Positions 31,296 through 40,137 of a stretch of 64,000 bases of DNA are shown here, piece by piece. Location: positions 1,248,001 through 1,312,000 of the forward strand of contig CAWETI010000003.1 in the NCBI GenBank assembly GCA_963812015.1, in the 5' to 3' direction. The position numbers and the translations under genes were made by a program. The stretch comes from an uncultured delta proteobacterium. Its GTDB lineage: Bacteria > Desulfobacterota > Desulfobaccia > Desulfobaccales > 0-14-0-80-60-11. Under the pieces are notes generated by a model. The model was not told where the DNA came from, made no database searches, and saw only the letters and a program-made list of their open reading frames with translations. Numbering within the stretch: position 1 is the first letter of the stretch; each line of letters starts with the position of its first letter.

Positions 31296-32435
31296 TTAGA
31301 TAGGCTTTTCAAAGACGCGGAAGACCTTATAACGCTGGGCTCCAAAGGCCGTTAAAATCTTGATCCAATGCCGGTGAGTTTCCGGAATCAGGGAAAAATC
31401 GGCCATATCACAGGGAGTGTGCTTCACCAGATAAATATATGAGCGCAGGAACAGGGCAATATGCAGGCGCCGCCGTTGATAGGGCTGGCTGATCCCCACC
31501 ACCATGGCCCGGACCTTACGGAGCGGCCGGTACTTGGCCCAATAGAGGAGGCGGAGTTTACCCCAGAGGGTGAGACGTCCGTTTAACTCCCGGATGAGGG
31601 GATTGAGGTCCGGCAGGCCGATGCCGAAGCCGGCCACCCGGTCATGGTCCAGGAGAACGAAAGCCATTTCCGGGCGTAGACAGGGTTTAACCATCTCCAA
31701 CATGTCATTGAATTGGCGCCGGGTCAGGGGTACGTGGCCCCACAGGGGTTCCCATTCGGTATTGAACAGCTGGAAGACCTCGTCGGCGCGCCGCTTCACT
31801 TCTTTCGGGTTGTAAGTCACTACCTCGACGCTCTGACCGTGCATGATGTCAGCATAGCGGCGTTCCATGGCCTCAAGATCCACATTCCGGTTGGTGATCT
31901 TGTAGGCATGCCAATCCATGGCCTTGACAAACCCCAGGGAAGTCAAAAGATCCTGGTAGTAGGGCGGGTTGTGGGTCTGGAAGATGACCGGCATGGAGTC
32001 AAACCCCTCCACCAGCAGGCCCATCTCGTCATAGATACAGAAATTCAAAGGTCCCACCAGGCGGGTCTTGCCATGGGCCCGGAGCCAGGCGGCCGCCGCC
32101 TCAAACAGGGCCGCGGCTGCGTCCTGGTCCTGGATACACTCAAAGAACCCGAAGAAGCCGGTTTCCGGGCCATGATGGGTGTCATGGAGCCGGTTGATGT
32201 GGGCGGACAGGCGCCCGATGGGTTTGCCGTTACGATAGGCCAGAAAATATCGCGCTTCCCCAATTTCAAAGAAGGAGCCGTGTTTGGGGTCCAGAAACTT
32301 GCGCTCGTGGTCGAGGATAGGAGGGACCCAGTAGGGATCTCCCTGGTAAATCCGCCAAGGGAAGCGGAGAAATTCCCAAAAGGCCGCGTCATTCTCAACG
32401 GGAGAAACCGTAATCTCCTCGGTTAAGTGCATCAA
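31296..32435 (-). CDS. YghO-like GNAT N-acyltransferase; candidate bacterial ceramide synthase (bCerS)
   Basis: FPW.IY.GDP.WVPP, GR.SAHIN, GFFGFFE, AA.WL..G...L.GP.N, HNPPYY, WGHVPLT and PDLN motifs typical of the YghO/bCerS family. Confidence 0.75.
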   Translation of the reverse strand: MMHLTEEITVSPVENDAAFWEFLRFPWRIYQGDPYWVPPILDHERKFLDPKHGSFFEIGEARYFLAYRNGKPIGRLSAHINRLHDTHHGPETGFFGFFECIQDQDAAAALFEAAAAWLRAHGKTRLVGPLNFCIYDEMGLLVEGFDSMPVIFQTHNPPYYQDLLTSLGFVKAMDWHAYKITNRNVDLEAMERRYADIMHGQSVEVVTYNPKEVKRRADEVFQLFNTEWEPLWGHVPLTRRQFNDMLEMVKPCLRPEMAFVLLDHDRVAGFGIGLPDLNPLIRELNGRLTLWGKLRLLYWAKYRPLRKVRAMVVGISQPYQRRRLHIALFLRSYIYLVKHTPCDMADFSLIPETHRHWIKILTAFGAQRYKVFRVFEKPI

Positions 32436-32443
32436 TGTACCTC

Positions 32444-33412
32444 TTATTGGGATTTGGGCAGAACGATGCGAGCCTTCAAGCCTTCTTTTAAGGCCAGATC
32501 GGGGTTGGGGACCTTTAACTCTACTTCATAGTAGGCAGGCTGATCCGGGCCGGAGGTAATTGAGGACCAGGAGATGCGGCTGACCTTGCCCTGGAATTTT
32601 CGCCCCGGCAGGGCGTCCAAGGTCAATTCGGCCAGATCGCCGATTTTGATCTGGAGCGCCTCGATTTCAAAAGCCTGGGCCCGCACCACCATGGGGTCCA
32701 TCACGCCCACTTGAAAGGCGGCCGGCAAGGGGGTCAGTTCGGCGTCAACCCGGATTTCGGGGTTGACCCAGATGACGTAACCGCTGATGGGCGCCTTCAG
32801 ACTTACTTCCCGGGGAACCTGGCCGGATTTTAAGGAAGTCCCCAGCAACTGGCTCAAGACCTCCCGGTCCTGCTGGGCCAGTTGGCGGTCCTTTTGCACC
32901 CTCTCCTGGATGGTTGACTTTTGTTTATTCAGAAACTGCATTTCCTGGGTAGTCTGGGCCAGAGTCTGGGGTGGGGCCAACTTTTTCTGGACCAATTGGG
33001 TGAGTTCCCGTTGTTTGGTCTGCACGGGCACGAGACTCCGTTCCACATCCGCCAGTTTCGTCTCCATTTCGGCAAGTTGGGGCGGCGAGAGACGTTGTTG
33101 GATTGCCATGAGGGATTCCGGGGCGAGGCTATAGGTCGCCAGGATTTCTCCTGCTTTTACGGGCTGCCCGGAGACCACCCGTAGGGCCGTGATGATCCCC
33201 TTAAAGGGCAGATCGATGCGCCGTTTCAGGGAGCAGAATAGTTTCCCGTTAAAGATTATTTCTGACTCCCCGGAGGGGGGAGGCGGCGAGGGCTTGGCGA
33301 CCGGAGCTTCGGCGGCGTATCCGGCCTCCAGGTTGCCTAGGCCCAGGCAGATGGCCAAAACCAGGCCGCCCAGGGCTAACCGCTTACTTTTGCCAAGAGT
33401 TCTCATCCACAT
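32444..33412 (-). CDS. Periplasmic adaptor (membrane fusion protein, MacA/HlyD-like)
   Basis: Signal anchor, G.PVKAGEILA lipoyl half, coiled coil, LKAPISG.V and NPD..LK.G motifs. Confidence 0.85.
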   Translation of the reverse strand: MWMRTLGKSKRLALGGLVLAICLGLGNLEAGYAAEAPVAKPSPPPPSGESEIIFNGKLFCSLKRRIDLPFKGIITALRVVSGQPVKAGEILATYSLAPESLMAIQQRLSPPQLAEMETKLADVERSLVPVQTKQRELTQLVQKKLAPPQTLAQTTQEMQFLNKQKSTIQERVQKDRQLAQQDREVLSQLLGTSLKSGQVPREVSLKAPISGYVIWVNPEIRVDAELTPLPAAFQVGVMDPMVVRAQAFEIEALQIKIGDLAELTLDALPGRKFQGKVSRISWSSITSGPDQPAYYEVELKVPNPDLALKEGLKARIVLPKSQ

Positions 33413-34862
33413 AAGTATTACCTAAGTCTCCCGAAAGCTCCCGAAGCTTCAGAACCGCCATGTCATACTGCAAGCCATTGCGTACCGCTTCCTTTTGGGC
33501 CTCCAGCACCTCTTTGCGACTTTCCAAGAACACCGGGAGCGTCACCTCTCCAGAGTGGTACCGTACTTCTTTCTGGTGAGTCTTGAGCCGAGCCAGTTCT
33601 TCCCGGGCTTGGGAATTTTTCAGGGCCACTTGTTTTTCTTGAATGTCCACCAGGTATTCGTACCATTTCTCTTCCAGAAAATTCGCTTTGACATCTTTTT
33701 GGGCTCCGATCTGCTTTAAAACGGCCTTTTGTCGGGAGACGTTGCGGACCCGTTTAAGTCCATCCCACACCGGGATCTCGAGACCGACGCCGACATAGAG
33801 GCCATGGGCAGTGGTCACACTCAAGGGGTCCGGCGTCTGGGTGTTGAATAAAATGGTGGGAAAGACCTTGGCGATGGCCAGGGAGACATTATAACCCTGC
33901 AGCTTTTTATGGATCTCGAGAGCCTTGAGTTCGTAGGAGCGGCTCTTGGCTTGTTCCAGGGAAGCGGTGGCCGGAGCGAAATTGCCCAAGACCTGGCGCT
34001 GGCTGTCCCGGAAATTAACGGTGATATCCTGGTTGGCCGGCAACCCCAAGAAATTCCTCAGGAGGACTGAAATCCGCTTAATGGACAGAGCGATTCCCTC
34101 CTCCTCGCCCTGGGCCAATTGCAATTCCTGCTGGGCCACCTTGACTTCCAGGGAGGTGCCGGTCCCTATATTCATCCGATTTTCCCCGTAGGTGAGGTTC
34201 TCCCGGGCCACCTTAATCAGGTCCTTCTGATAGCCTGCCAACTTGTTCAGGGCATCCAGTTGCAGGTAATAATTCCCCAACGCGTACAGACCCTGGGAAA
34301 TAACTTTGAGATGGGTGAGCACCGCCACTTGCGTGGCCAACTTCTGGGCTTGGAGACTGAAGTACGCTCCCATTGGGTTATACGGGTCCGTCGAAAAGCT
34401 TAAACTATAGGGTGCGCCGCTCAATCCTGCCCCAGAAGGACGGTTGACATAATAATAAGTCCGAAAAGTTAAGGGGGGCACCATGCCGTAGCGACTGTCG
34501 GTTTCGTCCATCCGGCGGATGTCTATATCCAGGGAACTCTGCATTAAACGAGGCGACCGGTTTATCGCGATCCTGACACTGTCTTCAAAGCTCAGCGGGG
34601 AGCCAGGAACAACGGTCTGGGCAGTCGGGTTCGACTCGGCGCCCTGGGCCTGCCGGCACACGCAGATAACCCCGCTGGCCATAACCAGTAGGGCGACGAT
34701 CAGGCAGGCTTGCGTGGCGGCGCTCCAAGAGGAGAAACTAAGAGGGGTTTGCCAGAAACGCCGTGCCGCTCGGGCGTTGTCAACCATAGCGTACAGAGAA
34801 CTCCCCGCAAGGCTGGTTCTGGTGGTCAGGCGCAATTGAGGCTTCCTGGTAAGTAGGCTCAT
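33384..34862 (-). CDS. TolC-family outer membrane efflux protein
   Basis: LSFEDSVRIAI..SP, two helical repeats, R...GTGT.LEV and GLEIPVWDG motifs. Confidence 0.8.
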   Translation of the reverse strand: MSLLTRKPQLRLTTRTSLAGSSLYAMVDNARAARRFWQTPLSFSSWSAATQACLIVALLVMASGVICVCRQAQGAESNPTAQTVVPGSPLSFEDSVRIAINRSPRLMQSSLDIDIRRMDETDSRYGMVPPLTFRTYYYVNRPSGAGLSGAPYSLSFSTDPYNPMGAYFSLQAQKLATQVAVLTHLKVISQGLYALGNYYLQLDALNKLAGYQKDLIKVARENLTYGENRMNIGTGTSLEVKVAQQELQLAQGEEEGIALSIKRISVLLRNFLGLPANQDITVNFRDSQRQVLGNFAPATASLEQAKSRSYELKALEIHKKLQGYNVSLAIAKVFPTILFNTQTPDPLSVTTAHGLYVGVGLEIPVWDGLKRVRNVSRQKAVLKQIGAQKDVKANFLEEKWYEYLVDIQEKQVALKNSQAREELARLKTHQKEVRYHSGEVTLPVFLESRKEVLEAQKEAVRNGLQYDMAVLKLRELSGDLGNTYVDENSWQK

Positions 34863-35566
34863 TGTTCATAGAGGACGCCGTCTCGTATCGAACTGATCCG
34901 GGTGCATCTAGCGGCAATTTCGGGGTCATGCGTGACGACTATTACGGCAGTCTTACCGTCACTGACGATTTCTCCAAAATGTTCCATGATCAGGTGCCCA
35001 TGACTCCGGTCAAGCTGTCCGGTGGGTTCGTCCGCCAGGATGACCTGGGGTTGGTTGACTAAGGCCCGGGCCACGGCCACCCTCTGGCGCTCACCCCCGG
35101 AAAGGCGATTGGAGGAGTGGTGAATCCGGTGCTCCAGGTTCACGCGTTCCAGGGCGGCGGTAATCAGTTCCGGTCGGTCCCGGCGTTCAACTCCGGCATA
35201 GATTAAGGGAAATTCCAGGTTTTCATACACGGTGGAGTTTTCAAACAGATCGCAGCTCTGAAAAACAAATCCCACGCGGCTGCGACGAAATTCCGCCTGG
35301 GCGTTGCGATCCAGGTTGAGCACATCTCTACCCCCCAGGAAATACGAGCCGCTGGTGGGATGGAGAAAAATCCCCAGGATAAAGAGTAAGGTGGACTTCC
35401 CGGACCCGGAAGGCCCCATGATCGCCAGAATCTCCCCGGGGTAGACCTTCATGTTGACATCGCGCAGCACGTGGATCATATCGATGCCATTGTCGTAGGT
35501 CTTGTACAGGTCGGACACCTGAATCAAGGCGCCGTTGGCCTGCAGGGTAGATGCCGACTCATTCAT
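34859..35566 (-). CDS. ABC transporter ATP-binding protein (MacB/LolD type)
   Basis: GPSGSGKST, LSGGERQRVA, ILADEPTG and VTHD motifs. Confidence 0.93.
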   Translation of the reverse strand: MNESASTLQANGALIQVSDLYKTYDNGIDMIHVLRDVNMKVYPGEILAIMGPSGSGKSTLLFILGIFLHPTSGSYFLGGRDVLNLDRNAQAEFRRSRVGFVFQSCDLFENSTVYENLEFPLIYAGVERRDRPELITAALERVNLEHRIHHSSNRLSGGERQRVAVARALVNQPQVILADEPTGQLDRSHGHLIMEHFGEIVSDGKTAVIVVTHDPEIAARCTRISSIRDGVLYEQ

Positions 35567-36734
35567 AGCGGATGGCGGTAACTACTTCCATGCGACTGGC
35601 CCGGATTGAAGGATAGAGGCCAGCCCCCACGCCAATCACCACCGCGAACAGAAAGGCCAGGGTCACTCCGAAGAGAAAGAGATTTTCCGGCGGTCGACTG
35701 CCGATGCAATAACTCAGGATCTCCATCATGATGCGGCCCATCCCGGCCCCTAAGAGGGCTGCCCCGCCGCTCAGGCAGAGAGCTTCGGCGAGGAATTGCG
35801 CCAGAATATCCCGATCTTCGGCCCCCATGGCTTTTTTTAACCCGATTTCCCGGGTCCGGGAGGTTACCGCGGCCATCATGACGTTCCAGATGCCGACGCC
35901 CCCCAGGAGGAAAGTGGCGCTGGTCGCCAGGTAGATCAGAAACTCGATCCACCAAGCCAGCTCCTGAACCCGTTTTAACGCTTCCCAGCCGCCCTCGACG
36001 TGAAGTTCCTCGGGTGACTGGCAGGATGCCACCACCCCGGGAATCGCAGCCGCTACGTCGCGAACATCATCCCAGGTGGTGCACCGCAGATAAAGACGGT
36101 CGGCCAACAGTCTGCCTTGAAAGCGATCAATGGCGGTGGTGAGGGGCAGAAACGCGGAGTTAGATAAGGTGCTATCGGTAACTCCCCCCAACACCCCGGC
36201 TATCCGATAGATCTCCTGGTTAATCTCCAGGATTTTGCCTTTGACGTTGGTGTCGCCAAAAATCTTCTTAGCCAGTTCCGCCCCTAAAACGATCTCCCGC
36301 TTATGCCCGGTTACGTCTTCCTCCCCGAACAGTCTCCCGGTTATCGGCCAGAAATTGCGGACCTGCCAGAAAGACGCATCCACCGCCATGGTGGTGAAGC
36401 CAAAGTGCTGGCCATGCCAGTTGGCTTGACCCCACTTGGCGGCTGTGAGGGATAATTCTTTGACGGCGTGGAGCTTTCTCAGGGCGGCGAGGGTCTGGTC
36501 CCGGAACCACTGGGGCCGGTAAGATCGAGTATTATCAAAGCTGATTCTGAGGATGGTGACGCCGCCGATCAGGTCAAGATTCTCGTTGAAGTTTTTCTTG
36601 ACCTCCCGGCTCATGGTGACGATGTTGAGGAAGCCAGCCACGCCCAAAGCGATAGCCAACACCACCCCGATATAGCGGCGGCGATGACGCAGTACTTGGC
36701 GCAAACTTACGCGTATGAGGTCGTTGAGCCTCAA
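35559..36734 (-). CDS. ABC transporter permease (MacB/FtsX type)
   Basis: TM1, a large periplasmic domain, GGVGIWNVM...V..RTREIGL.KAMGA and the C-terminal YPS.RAS....A.RYE motif. Confidence 0.9.
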   Translation of the reverse strand: MRLNDLIRVSLRQVLRHRRRYIGVVLAIALGVAGFLNIVTMSREVKKNFNENLDLIGGVTILRISFDNTRSYRPQWFRDQTLAALRKLHAVKELSLTAAKWGQANWHGQHFGFTTMAVDASFWQVRNFWPITGRLFGEEDVTGHKREIVLGAELAKKIFGDTNVKGKILEINQEIYRIAGVLGGVTDSTLSNSAFLPLTTAIDRFQGRLLADRLYLRCTTWDDVRDVAAAIPGVVASCQSPEELHVEGGWEALKRVQELAWWIEFLIYLATSATFLLGGVGIWNVMMAAVTSRTREIGLKKAMGAEDRDILAQFLAEALCLSGGAALLGAGMGRIMMEILSYCIGSRPPENLFLFGVTLAFLFAVVIGVGAGLYPSIRASRMEVVTAIRYE

Positions 36735-36762
36735 GCAGGACGTTCCCCCAAATTAGTGTAAA

Positions 36763-38061
36763 TCAATCGCCCAGCATGCTGACGGCGGTGCCATTGGCAC
36801 TGGGATAGGTGGTAGAAAACCCACTCTCCTCCAGGAAAGCATCCGGCTGGGTGAAGTCACAAGCCCGGATACGATGTTTCTTAGCTAATTTTTCCAAAGT
36901 TTCGAGGACATAGCTAATCTGGCTTTCCTTGTGAGTGCTCATGTAAGCCGTGCGGATTACCGCCTGCCCCCGCGGCACTGCGGGATAGATGGCAGGCAAG
37001 GCAAAAACGCCATGCTCAAACATGTCGCGCGCGAAGAGAGCGGCTTTCTCTTCTGCCCCAATATAAATGGGGATGATGGGGGATTTTGAGTTTTTGGTAA
37101 TGAGGCCAATCTCCCGGTAGCCCGCATGGACACGGCGAGTGATGTCCCAGAGGCGGGTAACCCGGTCTGGGTCCTCGTCCAGGATATCCAGGCACGCCAG
37201 GACGGTGGCGGTGTTGCTGGCGGGAAGCGCCGCAGAAAAGATGAGCGGTTTGGAATGGTGCCGCAGATACTCCAGCACCGCCTCATCGTCGGCGGCAATG
37301 AACCCGCCGATGGAGGCCAACGCCTTGCTGAAAGTTCCCATGATGAAGTCTACTTCAGCCGTGAGTCCGAAATGATCGGCGGTTCCCCGTCCCCCCCGAC
37401 CCATCACTCCCAACCCATGGGCGTCATCCAGATAGATCAGCAAGTCTGGATGGCTCTTCTTCAGCGCCACCAGTTCGTCCAGGGGTGCCAGATCCCCGGA
37501 CATGCTAAACACGCCTTCGGTGACCAGGAGCAGGCAGCCGTTGGCGTTCTTCTGGCGGGCGGCCGCCAACTTGCGGGACGCAGCCGCGGCATCGTTGTGA
37601 CCAAAGGGGATCAATCGAGCCCGTGAGGCCTGACACCCCTCAAAAATGCTGGCGTGGCCTTCCCGGTCACAGACGATGATGTCTTGGGGGGTCAACATAC
37701 AGGCAATCGACCCCAAATTTGTGGTGAACCCGGTGGCGTGGACCACCGCCTTTTTCTTACCGACAAAGGCGGCCAGTCGATCCTCTAGGGTCTCGTGCAA
37801 GGTCAAGTTGCCGCACAAAAATCGGGATCCCCCGGGGCCACTCCCCCACCGACGTGCAGCTTTGGCCGTTGCCTCAATTACTCTGGGATCGTGTGTGAAT
37901 CCCAGGTAGTCGTTGGACCCAATCATAATCAGACGCCGGCCCGACACCTCCACTTCTGTGCCCCATGATCGGTCTATGGGCCGGAAGTAAGGGTAAAACC
38001 CTTGTTCCTTGGCGTCTTGGACCATAAGAGCAAAAGGTTGGCAGCGGTTTCTAAGTTTCAT
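36763..38061 (-). CDS. PLP-dependent alpha-oxoamine synthase, serine palmitoyltransferase-like
   Basis: G.YPYFRPI, MIGSNDYLG, GSRFLCG, HASI, DDAHGLG and GTFSKALASIGG (PLP Lys) motifs. YPYF and GTFSK.LASIGG resemble bacterial Spt more than Kbl/BioF. Confidence 0.78.
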   Translation of the reverse strand: MKLRNRCQPFALMVQDAKEQGFYPYFRPIDRSWGTEVEVSGRRLIMIGSNDYLGFTHDPRVIEATAKAARRWGSGPGGSRFLCGNLTLHETLEDRLAAFVGKKKAVVHATGFTTNLGSIACMLTPQDIIVCDREGHASIFEGCQASRARLIPFGHNDAAAASRKLAAARQKNANGCLLLVTEGVFSMSGDLAPLDELVALKKSHPDLLIYLDDAHGLGVMGRGGRGTADHFGLTAEVDFIMGTFSKALASIGGFIAADDEAVLEYLRHHSKPLIFSAALPASNTATVLACLDILDEDPDRVTRLWDITRRVHAGYREIGLITKNSKSPIIPIYIGAEEKAALFARDMFEHGVFALPAIYPAVPRGQAVIRTAYMSTHKESQISYVLETLEKLAKKHRIRACDFTQPDAFLEESGFSTTYPSANGTAVSMLGD

Positions 38062-38101
38062 AAAAGGATTCTACCCCCTCCCCCTCCGGTAGGTTTACAC
38101 C

Positions 38102-38130
38102 TTTTTAGTGCTATCTTAAGAAAATGTCAA
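38102..38130 (-). promoter_or_regulatory. Putative sigma70 promoter for the spt operon
   Basis: On the - strand: TTGACA (38130-38125), a 17-nt spacer, then TAAAAA; a GGAGG-rich RBS lies before ATG 38061. Confidence 0.45.
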
Positions 38131-38614
38131 TGAGATTTGTATTAACAAGTAGATAAACTCCCCCATACCGCCCATTGACATCTCGTATCCTACCACAAAC
38201 GAATCCATTTTTTGACAAAAAAATCTGCTGTCTCGCGATATATCGGTAAATATTAAAGATTATAACAATTTTTTTTTGAAATCCCCTAGTCTCCGGAAAA
38301 ATTTTTAGAAAGTTCACAGTGCTGGTCCCTTCTGGCATGAGGTTTGATTCAATCCGCAAGTTGGATGCGAACCCGTCTTGGCGCCCACCTGCCAACCGGC
38401 AAAGAACAAGGGAACGGATAACCCCCGGCGTCTCTGGCCAGGTTCCCCTGCCAGGGGATTAATCATTAGACCAACCCCACGATCTTGATGTTAAGCCTTG
38501 GGGATTGATCATGGAATGAATCCTTCCCCTGCTAAAATTGATAAGCGGCCCTATACAGGAAAAGGAACCAGAAATCCAGGAAATCCGGGCTTATAGTTCA
38601 TTCGCCTGCATTTT

Positions 38615-39091
38615 TTACAAACCGGCATCGCCAGGACCGCCAAACTCCATGGCCATGATGGTCTCCTGATTTGGATCGCAATCCTCCATGCTCAGACTGC
38701 CCTTGGGGCCGGGGCCTTTAGGAAGGATTTTCTTTACTTCGATCCGAAAGGGAACGACCTTCTCCTGCAGCTTAGCCTTGATAGCATTGATTTCTTTGAG
38801 CTTGGCCAGGATTTGTTTTTCATCCGGATTGTCAGCACGCCAGAGAGTCCTCAACTCCGCCTTTTTGACTAACTTTTCCTTGCGCAAACTGGCGGTGTCA
38901 TCCAGAAATTTCTGCCGCAGATCGAAAAGTTTTCCCGCCTGCTCCGGGGTAAGGTTAGCAAATTTACCCCAATGACCCCCATGCCCCCGGTGTCCCTTCA
39001 TCCCCCCAGGCTGCGCCCAAGAGGCAAAGGCCAGGCTCAAAAATAATCCCAGAGCCAGCAATACCACTACTGATAACTTCTTACCTTTCAT
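38615..39091 (-). CDS. Spy/CpxP/ZraP-family periplasmic protein
   Basis: Signal peptide, G/H/M-rich linker, LTPEQ motif, helical domain with NPD. Confidence 0.8.
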   Translation of the reverse strand: MKGKKLSVVVLLALGLFLSLAFASWAQPGGMKGHRGHGGHWGKFANLTPEQAGKLFDLRQKFLDDTASLRKEKLVKKAELRTLWRADNPDEKQILAKLKEINAIKAKLQEKVVPFRIEVKKILPKGPGPKGSLSMEDCDPNQETIMAMEFGGPGDAGL

Positions 39092-39269
39092 TTTCCTCCC
39101 CCCTTGGCTTGAATTTCTAAGCCCGCATATCTGGCCCTTAATTATTAAACCCTAAAAATAAAATAAACCGGCGTGGCGTACACAAAATTTTCAGATAGAC
39201 AGGCGAGTGAGGAACTGAAGACATTAAATCAGGGATTTGCCGCCAAGCAAAATACTGCTTCTGAGATGG

Positions 39270-39820
39270 TTACCAATTTCCCCGGCCACGGCCGCCGGAA
39301 CCCATGCCGCCGCGCCCCCTGCCTTCGGTCCCTAGCCCATCGGGACCCTGCCCCCGAAAGAGCGGTGCGCCTTTCTCGTCCCGCACTTTCAGTGTGTGGC
39401 CGTTCTTTTTCACCTTGGCCGCGAGCAGTAAGGTCGTCTCGTCCTTGGCAACCTCAGAGCCTGTCACCTCCAGGGTATCCCCCTTTCTTAACGCAAAGCC
39501 TTGCTTATATACCAGGGATGACCTAACTTGATAGTAATATTGCCTTTATCGGTCTTAAGCACCAATCCCTGGATCGCCATCCCCGAGGCTGCCCGCCATC
39601 CCTGCATTCCATAGCGTCCCAGGTCCTCCACCTGTCCTTAAACCGTGGTCACGGTCTGGGGATTGTATACCTGGCGGCCCTGTGCTCCGAAGCCACCGTC
39701 CTACCCGCTACTCTGCCCAAGACCGCGACTTTGCACCGCCGCCGTCCAAGCCATTACCATTATCATGGTAAGAATAATCGGTGATAACCACCATCTAGTG
39801 CTCAAATGAATTTTAGGCAT
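39270..39820 (-). pseudogene. Degraded secreted OB-fold-like protein gene
   Basis: From ATG 39820: signal peptide, in-frame TAG, YNPQTVTTV, TAA, GQVEDLG..LVLKTDKG.ITI.LGHPWY, frameshift, then KQGFALRKGDTLEVTGS..LRDEKGAPLF-like end. Confidence 0.7.
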
Positions 39821-40137
39821 CCCTTATACCGGCCATGGGCTCCTCTGATAATCCTGCCTTGATATAAAGCATATTCAATTTCCTGAGGCCCGGCTTGAGC
39901 CCGGAATACCATCCCGGCAGCAGCTTGACCAGCATAACTCATGGGTAGGAAGGCGTTCATGAGTGCTCTGGGCCCCCACCCAACAGAGGTCGTATCGCCT
40001 GGGCCTGGCCGGGCGGGATGGTGGGGAAGGCATCAGGACAAAACTTACGGTATTCTCCCGGGGTTATGGCCGGGAAAGCATGAGAGCCGCGGTTGAGAGC
40101 GATGGAGCATTTTCTGGCCAACCCCTTCTGCATCCTC

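Noticed and set aside
36763..38061. Biotin synthesis (bioF) or threonine catabolism (kbl)
   Set aside because: No bio genes or tdh are adjacent, and motifs plus the bCerS-like neighbour favour Spt. Not formally excluded without a phylogeny.
38332..38348. Sigma54-like TGGCAT-N5-TTGA
   Set aside because: It lacks the conserved -12 GC and no + strand gene lies downstream.
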